In this document: positions 10,487 through 18,717 of the stretch, one piece after another
How the letters are laid out: each line of letters begins with the position of its first letter
Numbering within the stretch: the stretch's first letter is position 1
Source: Actinomycetes bacterium
GTDB taxonomy: Bacteria > Actinomycetota > Actinomycetes > Actinomycetales > Dermatophilaceae
NCBI GenBank assembly: GCA_023451855.1
Contig: JAEXXY010000035.1
Location: 1-59,937, forward strand
Reading direction: 5' to 3'
DNA: 59,937 nucleotides
Notes under the pieces: generated by a model
The model's database searches: none
Told to the model about the DNA's origin: nothing
Seen by the model: only the letters and a program-made list of their open reading frames with translations
Made by a program: the position numbers and the translations under genes

Positions 10487-11299
10487 TCAGAGGCCGACGG
10501 ACTTGACCCCGTACTTCGCCTGGGCGTTCGTGAAGCCCTCGAACGTGAGCTGGTTGATGAGGCTGCCGCGCGAGAAGGCCATCATGTCGAGGTAGGACTG
10601 GGCCTTCTTCGCCGCCTGCTCATTCCAGTTGACCGAGATGTGGTCGACGGCGTACGTCGCATCTGCCTTCGAGAACTGCTCGAACTGGAGCTGCTTGATC
10701 AGGCCCTTGCGCGAGAACGCGGTGAACTCGAGGTAGGACTCGGCCTTGCTCACCGCCTGCTCCTGCGACACGGTCATGGCATTGGCAGCCTTCTCCGCGG
10801 CAGCCTTGGCAGCGGCGGCCTTCGCTGCGGCCGCTTTGGCGGCAGCGACCTTGGCGGCAGCAGCTTTCGCGGCAGCCGCCTTCGCTGCGGCGGCCTTGTC
10901 GGCGGCGGCCTTGTCGGCGGCCGCCTTGTCGGCAGCCGCTTTGTCCGCAGCAGCCTTGTCGGCAGCGGCCTTGTCCGCAGCAGCCTGGTCCGCTGCGGTC
11001 GTCGTGGGTGCAGCAGACGTGGGTGCAGCAGACGTGGGGGACTCGCTCGTCGTGCTCGCGGCCACGTCGGTCGCAGCGGTGGGTGCCGTCTTGGGGTCGT
11101 TGCCCATCGACCCGAAGAGCGCCAGGGCGACGACGACGCCGCCGGTCCACAGGCCGATCTTCTTGCCCTTGCCCATCTTCTTCTGGGGTCCGTTCGGGCC
11201 GGCGACGGGCTGTGGCGCGCCCTGCGGCGCTCCCCAGACCGGAGCCGGGGGCACTGAGCCTTCCGGTGCCGGGGGGTGCTGCTGGCTGTTGTTGCTCAT
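10487..11299 (-). CDS. membrane-anchored surface protein with two C-terminal Ltp-family repeats
   Basis: One TM helix, Ser/Thr linker, AADKA/AAAKA stalk, then repeats KAESYL..AFSRKGLIKQL.FE.FS..DA.YAV and KAQSYL..AFSRGSLI.QL.FEGFT...A.YGV. Confidence 0.8.
   Translation of the reverse strand: MSNNSQQHPPAPEGSVPPAPVWGAPQGAPQPVAGPNGPQKKMGKGKKIGLWTGGVVVALALFGSMGNDPKTAPTAATDVAASTTSESPTSAAPTSAAPTTTAADQAAADKAAADKAAADKAAADKAAADKAAADKAAAAKAAAAKAAAAKVAAAKAAAAKAAAAKAAAEKAANAMTVSQEQAVSKAESYLEFTAFSRKGLIKQLQFEQFSKADATYAVDHISVNWNEQAAKKAQSYLDMMAFSRGSLINQLTFEGFTNAQAKYGVKSVGL
10795..10990 (-). repeat. 15-bp coding tandem repeat (AADKA/AAAKA pentapeptides)
   Basis: Repeated GCCTTGTCGGCGGCG-like units on the + strand; limits approximate. 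Confidence 0.85.
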
Positions 11300-11533
11300 G
11301 GTCGTTCTCCCCTAACGCTTTTCTGGACTTAGGGAAGTGTCCGATGCTTCGCCGGATATGTCTGGGTTTCGGGGATTTTGCGTGCCAAGGCACCGGCGCT
11401 GCCAGGGAGCGCGTGAGGCGATCAAACGGAATGGCCCGAATCGTTCCCGAACGCCTCGAGCCGGCCGGCTCCCTCGGGAACCGACCGGCTCGGTGCTTGT
11501 CGGCGCGTCGCCCTTCGAGGCGTACGCCTAGGG

Positions 11534-11977
11534 TCAGTCGGCGGCCTGGAGGGCCTTGACCTCCTCGCGGGCGCTGACGACCGATGCGTGCTGCCGGGAG
11601 ACGACCTCGCGGAACCCGGCGCTGAGGTCCATCTCGAGAGCCTTCTCGTACTCCGACACGGCATGGTTCTCACCCGTGACGGCAGCGCCGAGCACGCTGC
11701 CCGCGTCGTTGCCGGTGAGGGCATCCTTCAACGCGATCCAGCCGCGGTGCAGGGCCGAGGTGGCCGTGCCGCTCTCGTCGACGTCCTCGCCGTACTCGTG
11801 GCCCATGTCGACGATCTCGCGGCGGAAGCCGGCCCGTTGGGCCGACAGGCGCTGCAGCGTCGACGCCCACTCCGGGTGCTCGTCCCCGCGCACCTTCTCG
11901 GCAGCCTGGGCGAACCCACGCTCGCCGTCCTTCAGCGTCTCGACGAGCTCCTTGGCGGCCTTGGCGTCGTCCGACAT
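11534..11977 (-). CDS. PA2169 family four-helix-bundle (ferritin-like) protein
   Basis: LKDGERGF..AAE, LHRGWI.LK, GE.HA..EYE.AL; AAGGAG RBS. Confidence 0.85.
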   Translation of the reverse strand: MSDDAKAAKELVETLKDGERGFAQAAEKVRGDEHPEWASTLQRLSAQRAGFRREIVDMGHEYGEDVDESGTATSALHRGWIALKDALTGNDAGSVLGAAVTGENHAVSEYEKALEMDLSAGFREVVSRQHASVVSAREEVKALQAAD

Positions 11978-12015
11978 GTTCACTCCTTCGTTCGGTTGCG
12001 TGATCCCCGAAGCCC

Positions 12016-12039
12016 TACCCGCCGGGCCGGAAGCCCAAC
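12016..12039 (-). promoter_or_regulatory. putative SigB/SigF-type stress promoter
   Basis: GTTG-N15-GGGTA on the minus strand upstream of the PA2169-family gene. Confidence 0.55.
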
Positions 12040-12091
12040 CACCGGTCGGGTGACCACCCACCGACGCCGTCGCGTTGCAGGGGGTTTCGCG

Positions 12092-13015
12092 TCAGTGCCA
12101 CAGGGCGGCGACGTGGTCCGCGAGGGCGCGGCCCTGCTCGTAGCCGCCTCGTGCCGCCGGCCGACGCGTCGCCGGGTCGAGCGCATTGGCGTCGAAGACC
12201 GCGCCGGCTCCGGCGTCCGGAAAGAGGGTCTCGACCCTGCTGCCGCCGGCGCGCAGCTCGGCGACCTGGGTGGCTAGGTCCATGCCCCACTCGAGCGGCA
12301 TCCGGGTCCGGCCGCTGAACGGCGACATGATGAGCACCCGTCCGAATCCGCTTGCCAGGTCGGCGTTCTCGCTGCGCCGGTAGCCGCCGTTGAGGTAGCG
12401 GTCCTCACCGACGCGGTACGGCGTCATCGCCGAGGTGCTGGCGGCGACCGCGTCCACGAGGTCGATGCCGCTGTGGCGGTCGAACACGACCGGCTCCCCG
12501 GTCCGGGCATCGACGGCGGTGATGAGCAGGCGCTGCTGCGGCCACTGCCGGCTGGGGAGCCGGGAGGCGACGATGTCGTGCCAGCGCTGTGCGTCGGAGC
12601 CGTCCGACGCGTCCCGCTCGAGCGCCGCTGCGCCCATCCGGCGTCGCATGTCGGGCGCGTCGTGGGCCGAGGCGATGATCGCGTCCGACCACTCGAGGTA
12701 GCTCGGCCCGGAGATCGTCGGGCGGCGTCGCCGGTCGGGGCCGGGCCCGCCCGAGCCGGGGCGGGGCGGGAGCACCTCGGTGAGGACAGCGGCGTACAGC
12801 TCACCCGGCCTCGGACCGCCGGTGACCTGGGCCGCCACCGTCGCTCCGGCGGAGGTGCCGACGATGAGGTCGGCGTCGGTGACGTCGACCCCGCCGTCGG
12901 CAAGGCCGGCGATGAGACCGAGCTGCCAGGCGTTGCCGGCTGCTCCACCGCCGGCGAGGACGAGGGCGCGTGCGTCAGGATCGACGGGTCGGGTCGAGGA
13001 AGAGATGGTGTTCAG
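12092..13015 (-). CDS. patatin-like phospholipase family protein (probable CTG start)
   Basis: Frame extends upstream of the tracked ORF through RALVLAGGGAAG and GTSAG; no in-frame ATG/GTG/TTG upstream of these motifs; CTG at 13015 follows GAGAGG; DGG motif reads NGG. Confidence 0.8.
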   Translation of the reverse strand: MNTISSSTRPVDPDARALVLAGGGAAGNAWQLGLIAGLADGGVDVTDADLIVGTSAGATVAAQVTGGPRPGELYAAVLTEVLPPRPGSGGPGPDRRRRPTISGPSYLEWSDAIIASAHDAPDMRRRMGAAALERDASDGSDAQRWHDIVASRLPSRQWPQQRLLITAVDARTGEPVVFDRHSGIDLVDAVAASTSAMTPYRVGEDRYLNGGYRRSENADLASGFGRVLIMSPFSGRTRMPLEWGMDLATQVAELRAGGSRVETLFPDAGAGAVFDANALDPATRRPAARGGYEQGRALADHVAALWH

Positions 13016-13059
13016 GGGAGTCGCCTCTCGCGGATGGCTGTCGGGGCTCCCGGTGGCGA

Positions 13060-13119
13060 CTACCTCGGTCGCGGGATCGTGGACTGCCGGGGAGCACCCA
13101 CTGGGGACACTGCGTACAT
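13060..13119 (-). CDS. putative 19-aa leader peptide (MYAVSPVGAPRQSTIPRPR)
   Basis: Perfect AGGAGGTGA Shine-Dalgarno before ATG 13119; stop 44 nt before the patatin start; alternative pairing segments nearby. Confidence 0.6.
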   Translation of the reverse strand: MYAVSPVGAPRQSTIPRPR

Positions 13120-13548
13120 GGGTCTCACCTCCTGCCGACGTCTCACGACCGCCTGAACGCTAACAGCCCGGCAGGCTGCAGCGCATCGGCATGGACGGCC
13201 CGCACCTCGGCACCGGATCCGCGGTACCCGCCCCGACGAAAACGACGTGGACCCGTCGAGAACGAACCTCCGGGCGACGGCCTGTGGCGAGGCGGGGAGT
13301 CTCGGTTCCAGACTGGCGCGATGGCGGACCGGTATGAGATCCCTGTGCGCGGGGACATCGGTGGTGCAGCACTCAGGGGTTGGCGCATCGGGGACGGCAC
13401 GTCTGCTCCTCAGCCCCGGTCCGGCCGTCGTCCCGGTAACCGCTGAGACCCCGGGGGGTGGGAGGACGCCGGTCGGGGGCGGCGACGCCCCCGGTCGGCG
13501 TCCGGTGCACGGTCGTGTTGGCGCCGCCGATTCCACTGCAGCGCAGAT

Positions 13549-14361
13549 CTACTGGCCCGACAGCGCCGCCACCACCGGGGCGAGCACCTCCGCGGAGCCG
13601 GCACCGACGACGACGTACGAGAAGCCCGCCTCCTCACGTCGCCGCTGGAGCTCGTCGACGGCGGCCGCCGGGTCGCTCGGGAGGCAGGCCAGCGAGTCCG
13701 CCGCTCGCATCGCCGCCGGGTCGGTGTCCCGGGCGGACGCCATGAACGGGGCGACCTCGTCGCCCACGACGGGCACGTGCAGCGCCAGCTCGACGTCCCG
13801 GACGGCGCGCAGTTCCCGCGCCATGCGTTCGACGTCGACCCGGCTGTCGCGCGGCATCATCGCGAAGGTCACCGTGTCGGCGACCTCGGTCGCGAGGGCC
13901 CGGGCGCGTGGCCCGCGGACGGCCATGACGACCGGGGTGTGGGCGTCGGGGCCGTCCAGCTCGCGCAGTCGCGTGACGGTGTCGCGCACCTGGCCCAGCC
14001 GATCTCCCGGCGACGCGACGGGCAGGCCGAGGTCACGCAGCTCGTCCTCGATGCCGGGCCGCCCGGTGCCGATCCCCAGCTCGAAGCGGCCCTCGGTGAG
14101 CACCGACATGGAGTGCGCCTCCCACGCAAGGCTCCAGGCCGGGTGCAGCGGAGAGGCGTAGACCCACGTGCCGACGCGCAGGTCGGTCTGCACCGCCGCC
14201 ATCGCGAGGGCAGGCGCCGGGGCTGGTTGCCACTGCGGCACGTCTGGCAGGAGCAGCGTCGAGTAGCCGCTGTCGGCGATGCGTCGCACCTGGTCGAGCC
14301 ACGCGGGCACGTCGGTGAGGAGGGGGGCGACGACCCCGAACCGGAACGCTCTGGCCGTCAT
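13549..14361 (-). CDS. LLM class flavin-dependent oxidoreductase
   Basis: FRFGVV, GYSTLLLPD, LRVGTWV, GRFELGIGTG. Confidence 0.85.
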   Translation of the reverse strand: MTARAFRFGVVAPLLTDVPAWLDQVRRIADSGYSTLLLPDVPQWQPAPAPALAMAAVQTDLRVGTWVYASPLHPAWSLAWEAHSMSVLTEGRFELGIGTGRPGIEDELRDLGLPVASPGDRLGQVRDTVTRLRELDGPDAHTPVVMAVRGPRARALATEVADTVTFAMMPRDSRVDVERMARELRAVRDVELALHVPVVGDEVAPFMASARDTDPAAMRAADSLACLPSDPAAAVDELQRRREEAGFSYVVVGAGSAEVLAPVVAALSGQ

Positions 14362-14501
14362 CGGGCTGCGAGCCCCGGGTAGCGCAGGTGCGTGACGTCT
14401 CCCGGGCCGAAGTACCAGTCGAACACCTTCATCACGTCGACGTCGGGGCCGGCGACGTAGCCGTCGAGCGACATGGACATGATCGCGATCGCTTCGGACA
14501 C
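14358..14501 (-). pseudogene. internally deleted dihydrofolate reductase (RibD-C) family mini-gene, 47 aa
   Basis: Hand translation VSEAIAIMSMSLDGYVAGPDVDVMKVFDWYFGPGDVTHLRYPGLAAR: family N-terminal SLDGY motif joined to the C-terminal VTHLRY motif; AAGGA RBS; ATGA coupling to the LLM gene. Confidence 0.7.
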
Positions 14502-14552
14502 GGCGGTTCCTTCCAGCGGGTTCGCCCTCGCGGGGGAGGGCCTTCACTCCTG

Positions 14553-15206
14553 CTACGAGGAGGCCGCCCCGGATCGGACACCCCTGCGCGTGAAGCTGAA
14601 GTGGGTGACGCCGGTGGGTGAGGAGACCGCCTCGACGTCGTAGTCGTCGTCGAGGGCCTCGAGGCCGTCCCAGAGACGGACGCCGCGGCCGAGCAGGATC
14701 GGGACCTGCACGACGTGCATCTCGTCGACGAGCCCGGCGAGCAGGAAGTCGCGCACCACCGTGACGCCGCCTCCGATCCGCACGTCCTTGCCCTCGGCCG
14801 CCTCCCGAGCCACTGCCAGCGCCTCAGCGGGGGTGGCGTCGAGGAAGTGGAACGTCGTGCCGCCCTCCATCTCGATCGAGGGCCGCGGCCGGTGGGTGAG
14901 CACGAAGGTGGGGGTGTGGAACGGCGGGTTGGGGCCCCACCAGCCCGTCCAGTCCGGGTCGTCCTGCCAGCCGGGCGGGCCGAACTTGTTGGCACCCATG
15001 ATCTCGGCTCCGAAGCCGTGGTCGTGACGCTCCGCCAAGGCGTTGTCCACGCCGGTGGTGCCGCCCGCGTCCCACGACCTGGTGGCCATCATCCACTGGT
15101 GCAGGCGCTGCCCCGCATGGCCGAAGGGGGCCTCGAGGCTCTGCGGCTCCCCGGTACCGAAGCCGTCGAGGGAGATCGAGAAGTTGGAGATCCGTGTGAG
15201 CGACAT
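14553..15206 (-). CDS. dihydrofolate reductase (RibD C-terminal) family protein
   Basis: SISLDGF, WWGPNPPFH, VRIGGG, PILLGRG, VTH. Confidence 0.88.
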   Translation of the reverse strand: MSLTRISNFSISLDGFGTGEPQSLEAPFGHAGQRLHQWMMATRSWDAGGTTGVDNALAERHDHGFGAEIMGANKFGPPGWQDDPDWTGWWGPNPPFHTPTFVLTHRPRPSIEMEGGTTFHFLDATPAEALAVAREAAEGKDVRIGGGVTVVRDFLLAGLVDEMHVVQVPILLGRGVRLWDGLEALDDDYDVEAVSSPTGVTHFSFTRRGVRSGAASS

Positions 15207-15462
15207 CCGCGCCCTCCTGGGTCGTCGACTGCACTGTGGCTCGGTCTGGCGGGCCCTTGCAGCCTAGGGGCACTGCCGGTGGGATCCGGCGCTTGGCGCT
15301 CCGGCGATCCCGGCCCGGGGCCGGCTGCCGGAGTGGGCGACAAGGGTCGAACCGGATGGCTCCGGCGTAGCGTGGTGGGCTCGAGGAGTCATCGGCTGCA
15401 AGGAGGGTTGTGCGCACCGTGTGGAATCAGACTGAGGCCCAACGGGATCGGCGCGCGACGCC

Positions 15463-15666
15463 ATGACGTACTTCTGGGTCGGTGTCGGCCTCGTGCTCGT
15501 GCTCGGCATCGGTCTCATCGTGTGGGGGTCGATGACGGGGGGTCCGGGGCCGTCCGGGGAGGACGTGTCCGCGCGGCGCGGCCATCAGGCGCAGGTCGGC
15601 GCGGTGCTGGCCGGAGTCGCACTGCTGGTGCTCGTCGTCGCGTACCTGACGGCCCCGTGGCCCTAG
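15463..15666 (+). CDS. small two-TM membrane protein
   Basis: 67-aa ORF with two strongly hydrophobic segments and high GC3. Confidence 0.6.
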   Translation: MTYFWVGVGLVLVLGIGLIVWGSMTGGPGPSGEDVSARRGHQAQVGAVLAGVALLVLVVAYLTAPWP

Positions 15667-15699
15667 GCCGGAAGTGCGCCCCGCGTCGCGTCGTGCGCG

Positions 15700-16215
15700 T
15701 CACCAGCGCCCGCGGTGCACGACCTCGTCGAAGGGGCGCCGGTCCAGCCGCTCGATGACCGCCAGCGGGCGGTCCGCCGGGTAGCCGGCGGAGAGCATGT
15801 AGGCGAGGAAGCGTCCCTCGGGAAACCCCAGGACGGCCCTGGCCTGGTCCTGGTCCGCCGCCGCGGCGTGGCCGGTGCCGACGCCGAGGTCGGCTGCAGC
15901 GACCGTCATCGCGTACGTCGCCTGGCCCAGGTCGAAATGGAGGATGGCGGACTGCCGGTCGTCCTTCGGCTCCGGCGCGACGATCGCGATGGCGGCCGCC
16001 GCGCCGGCGACGTGCCTGGCGCCCTGCCAGACCTTCGCCAGCTCGACCAGCTGCGCCCGGTCGGTGACGAGCACGAAGTCCCACGGCTGCCAGTTGCCGG
16101 CGGATGGCGCGCGGCGTCCGGCGTCGAGGATCCGGTCGAGATGCTCGTCGGGGACCGGCTGTTCGGTGAACTGTCGGACGTTTCGTCGCGCGCGCAAGGC
16201 GTCCCACGTCTCCAC
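15700..16215 (-). CDS. nitroreductase family protein
   Basis: RRNVRQF, APSAGNWQPWDF; GTG start 6 nt after CAAGAT (leaderless-like). Confidence 0.88.
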   Translation of the reverse strand: METWDALRARRNVRQFTEQPVPDEHLDRILDAGRRAPSAGNWQPWDFVLVTDRAQLVELAKVWQGARHVAGAAAAIAIVAPEPKDDRQSAILHFDLGQATYAMTVAAADLGVGTGHAAAADQDQARAVLGFPEGRFLAYMLSAGYPADRPLAVIERLDRRPFDEVVHRGRW

Positions 16216-16336
16216 CAGCCCATCTTGCGCCTCCCGCGCCGGCGTGGCCACCACGCGAACCGCGATCGTGGGCACCGCGCAGTCCGTCGGGCCGGGGCCT
16301 GCCGACCGCGCGGTCAGCGGGCCCCGGCTCGACGGC

Positions 16337-16819
16337 TCAGGCCTCGATGCGGCGGCCGCTGAACGAGCCGGTCCCCGAGTCGACCTTGGTGCCGGACGGA
16401 TCGAAGACCGCGAAGTCGTACGTGCCTCTGATCCTCCCGTGGTGGACGCTGCCCCAGATGCGAACGCGCACGCTCACCGCCGGCATGTTGGGACCACCGC
16501 CGGCCGTACCCGTCCAGAACGTCGCCTTGAAGCCGCCGCCGCTCCGACGAGCCCAGGTTCCCGTGAAGGGCGGACCGGCCGGGGCGATGTCGTGGCTGAT
16601 GATGACGTTCCCACCCGCGAAGCTGAGGACGGTCGACACCTTCGTCTGGTCGCCGGGCGGGTCGTCCTTGCGGCTGACGATCCAGCTGCCGTCAAGGCTG
16701 GAATTCCTGTGCTCCCCGGCCGAAGCCGAGGAGGCGCTCGCCACGCCCCCGATCGCCATTGCGCTCGCGGCGCCGGCCCCCACCAGGACGCGACGTCGAT
16801 TCATCACGTGCTCGTCCAT
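16337..16819 (-). CDS. hypothetical exported protein with twin-arginine signal
   Basis: GAGGAGG RBS; NRRRVL followed by hydrophobic helix and ASA cleavage-like site; beta-rich mature part. Confidence 0.7.
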   Translation of the reverse strand: MDEHVMNRRRVLVGAGAASAMAIGGVASASSASAGEHRNSSLDGSWIVSRKDDPPGDQTKVSTVLSFAGGNVIISHDIAPAGPPFTGTWARRSGGGFKATFWTGTAGGGPNMPAVSVRVRIWGSVHHGRIRGTYDFAVFDPSGTKVDSGTGSFSGRRIEA

Positions 16820-17191
16820 TGCGATCTCCTCCTCTTGTGAGCCGTCGGAGAACCCCGACCCTTCAGGTTCGGCGTCCGGAAGAAGGCGCGTCAAGATTCC
16901 CTCGCGTGTCCACCACATATGCGCGCTAGGTCTGGATGGTGGGTGGATGAGGGGCGAATGGCGCACCAATGAGCACAAAGGCTGTCGTGACGAATTCGCG
17001 CAATTTCATTGGGAATAGGAGAGGTTCCGGCAACGACGACAGAACCACGGCCACGATCGCGAGCAGCAGGAAGTGCACCGTGCGCGGAAGGTTTCGTCGG
17101 GGCGCGGGGCCCACGTCCGCGTCGTTGACATCCTTCGGTGGCTGGGCGGACACTCGGCTGAGGGAGCTCTGAGGGGGGCGAAGGAGCGATC

Positions 17192-17794
17192 ATGTCGTGG
17201 AGCCTCAAGGGTGAATACGTCGAGACGTGCTCGTGCGAGCTCATGTGCCCGTGCAACCTCTCCCTGGACCACGGTGCGACGTACGACTTCTGCCGCGTGG
17301 TCCTCGTGTTCGACGTCCGCGAGGGAACGGTGGACGGGACCGACGTCGCCGGCCGCACCATCGCGATGATCGCGGACGCACCCAAGGTGATGACCGATGG
17401 CAACTGGCGGGTGGGCGTCTTCGTCGACGACCGGGCCAGTGACGAGCAGTTCGAGCGGCTCGTGCAGGTGTTCAGCGGACAGCTCGGTGGGCCGATGGCC
17501 GGGCTCGTCTCACTGATCGGGGAGATGCTCGGCGTCGAACGGGCCCCCATCGAGGTGGTCCACGACGGGCTTCGCCACAGCGTCAGGATCGGCAGCGGCA
17601 TCGACTTCGAGATCGAGGACATCGTCCCCTTCGGGGTGGAGACCGGCGAGCCGGTGAGGTTCTCGGGGATGTTCCACCCGGTCGGGTCCGACCTGACGAT
17701 GGCCGAGGCGAGACGGTCGAGCATCGACGCCTTCGGGATCAGCTACGAGGGGAAGACCGGGCTGTCGAAGTCCGGCTTCTCATGGGCCGCCTGA
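17192..17794 (+). CDS. DUF1326 domain protein
   Basis: W.LKGEY.E.CSC...CPC N-terminal Cys cluster; AAGGAG RBS; DUF2182 partner downstream. Confidence 0.85.
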   Translation: MSWSLKGEYVETCSCELMCPCNLSLDHGATYDFCRVVLVFDVREGTVDGTDVAGRTIAMIADAPKVMTDGNWRVGVFVDDRASDEQFERLVQVFSGQLGGPMAGLVSLIGEMLGVERAPIEVVHDGLRHSVRIGSGIDFEIEDIVPFGVETGEPVRFSGMFHPVGSDLTMAEARRSSIDAFGISYEGKTGLSKSGFSWAA

Positions 17795-18612
17795 CGGGAC
17801 CGACGCAGGTGGGCGCCCCCCACCCGCCCGACACCGGGCTGCGCCCCGCCTACGCTGCGGCGCGCGCGCACCTGGCGCTCGTCGCCGCCCTCGTCGCCCT
17901 TGCCGTGGCCGGGTGGTGGTGGACCGTCGAGCAGATGAGCGGCATGGACCAGGGACCGTGGACGGCGCTGGGGACGTTCGGCTGGTTCATCACCGTGTGG
18001 GTCGTCATGATGGCCGCGATGATGTTCCCGTCGGTGGCCCCGACCGTGGCGCTGTACTCGCGGATGAGCCGGACCCCGTTGGGGCCCATGGCATTCGTCG
18101 CCGGCTACCTGGCCACGTGGACCGCCGCCGGGGTCGTCGCCTTCCTCGTCGGGCTGCTCGCGGGGCGCGTCGTGCCCGACCTGCAGTGGGACGACACCGG
18201 CCGCGTCCTCACCGGGGGGACCCTGCTGCTGGCCGCGGTGTACGAGGTGACACCCCTCAAGCGGGTCTGCCTCGACAAGTGCCGCAGTCCGCTCGGTCTC
18301 CTCCTCGGGTCGTGGCGTGACGGGTGGACCGGCGCGCTGCGCATGGGGATGCGGAACGGCGCCTGGTGCGTCGGCTGCTGCTGGGCGCTCATGGCATCGC
18401 TGTTCGCCCTGGGAGTCATGAGCCCCGCGTGGATGGCCGTGATCGCCGGGCTCATCGCCGTGGAGAAGGTCCTGCCCTGGCGCCGGACCGCCACCTACGG
18501 CACCGCTCTCGTCCTGCTCGGCCTCGGCGTGCTGGTGCTCGCCGCGCCACAGGTGATCCCGGGCCTCACCGTCCCGACGCCCGTCCCGATGCCGATGTCG
18601 CTCTCGCAGTGA
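17782..18612 (+). CDS. DUF2182 putative metal-binding integral membrane protein
   Basis: MMAAMMFPS, TPLK.VCL.KCR, CVGCCWALM, EK; start uncertain. Confidence 0.85.
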   Translation: MGRLTGPTQVGAPHPPDTGLRPAYAAARAHLALVAALVALAVAGWWWTVEQMSGMDQGPWTALGTFGWFITVWVVMMAAMMFPSVAPTVALYSRMSRTPLGPMAFVAGYLATWTAAGVVAFLVGLLAGRVVPDLQWDDTGRVLTGGTLLLAAVYEVTPLKRVCLDKCRSPLGLLLGSWRDGWTGALRMGMRNGAWCVGCCWALMASLFALGVMSPAWMAVIAGLIAVEKVLPWRRTATYGTALVLLGLGVLVLAAPQVIPGLTVPTPVPMPMSLSQ

Positions 18613-18666
18613 CACATCCAGGTCCCGATGAACGAGCTCGTCCCCTGACGCCGCCCGGGCCGCGTT

Positions 18667-18683
18667 TCACTCCTCAGGGATGA
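18667..18683. promoter_or_regulatory. 17-bp TCAC-N10-TGA pseudo-palindrome (copy 1)
   Basis: TCACTCCTCAGGGATGA; 22 nt before GACGGT, which is 6 nt before GTG 18718. Confidence 0.5.
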
Positions 18684-18717
18684 CGCGACGGCGTGGGCTG
18701 GGCGAGACGGTGGGAGG

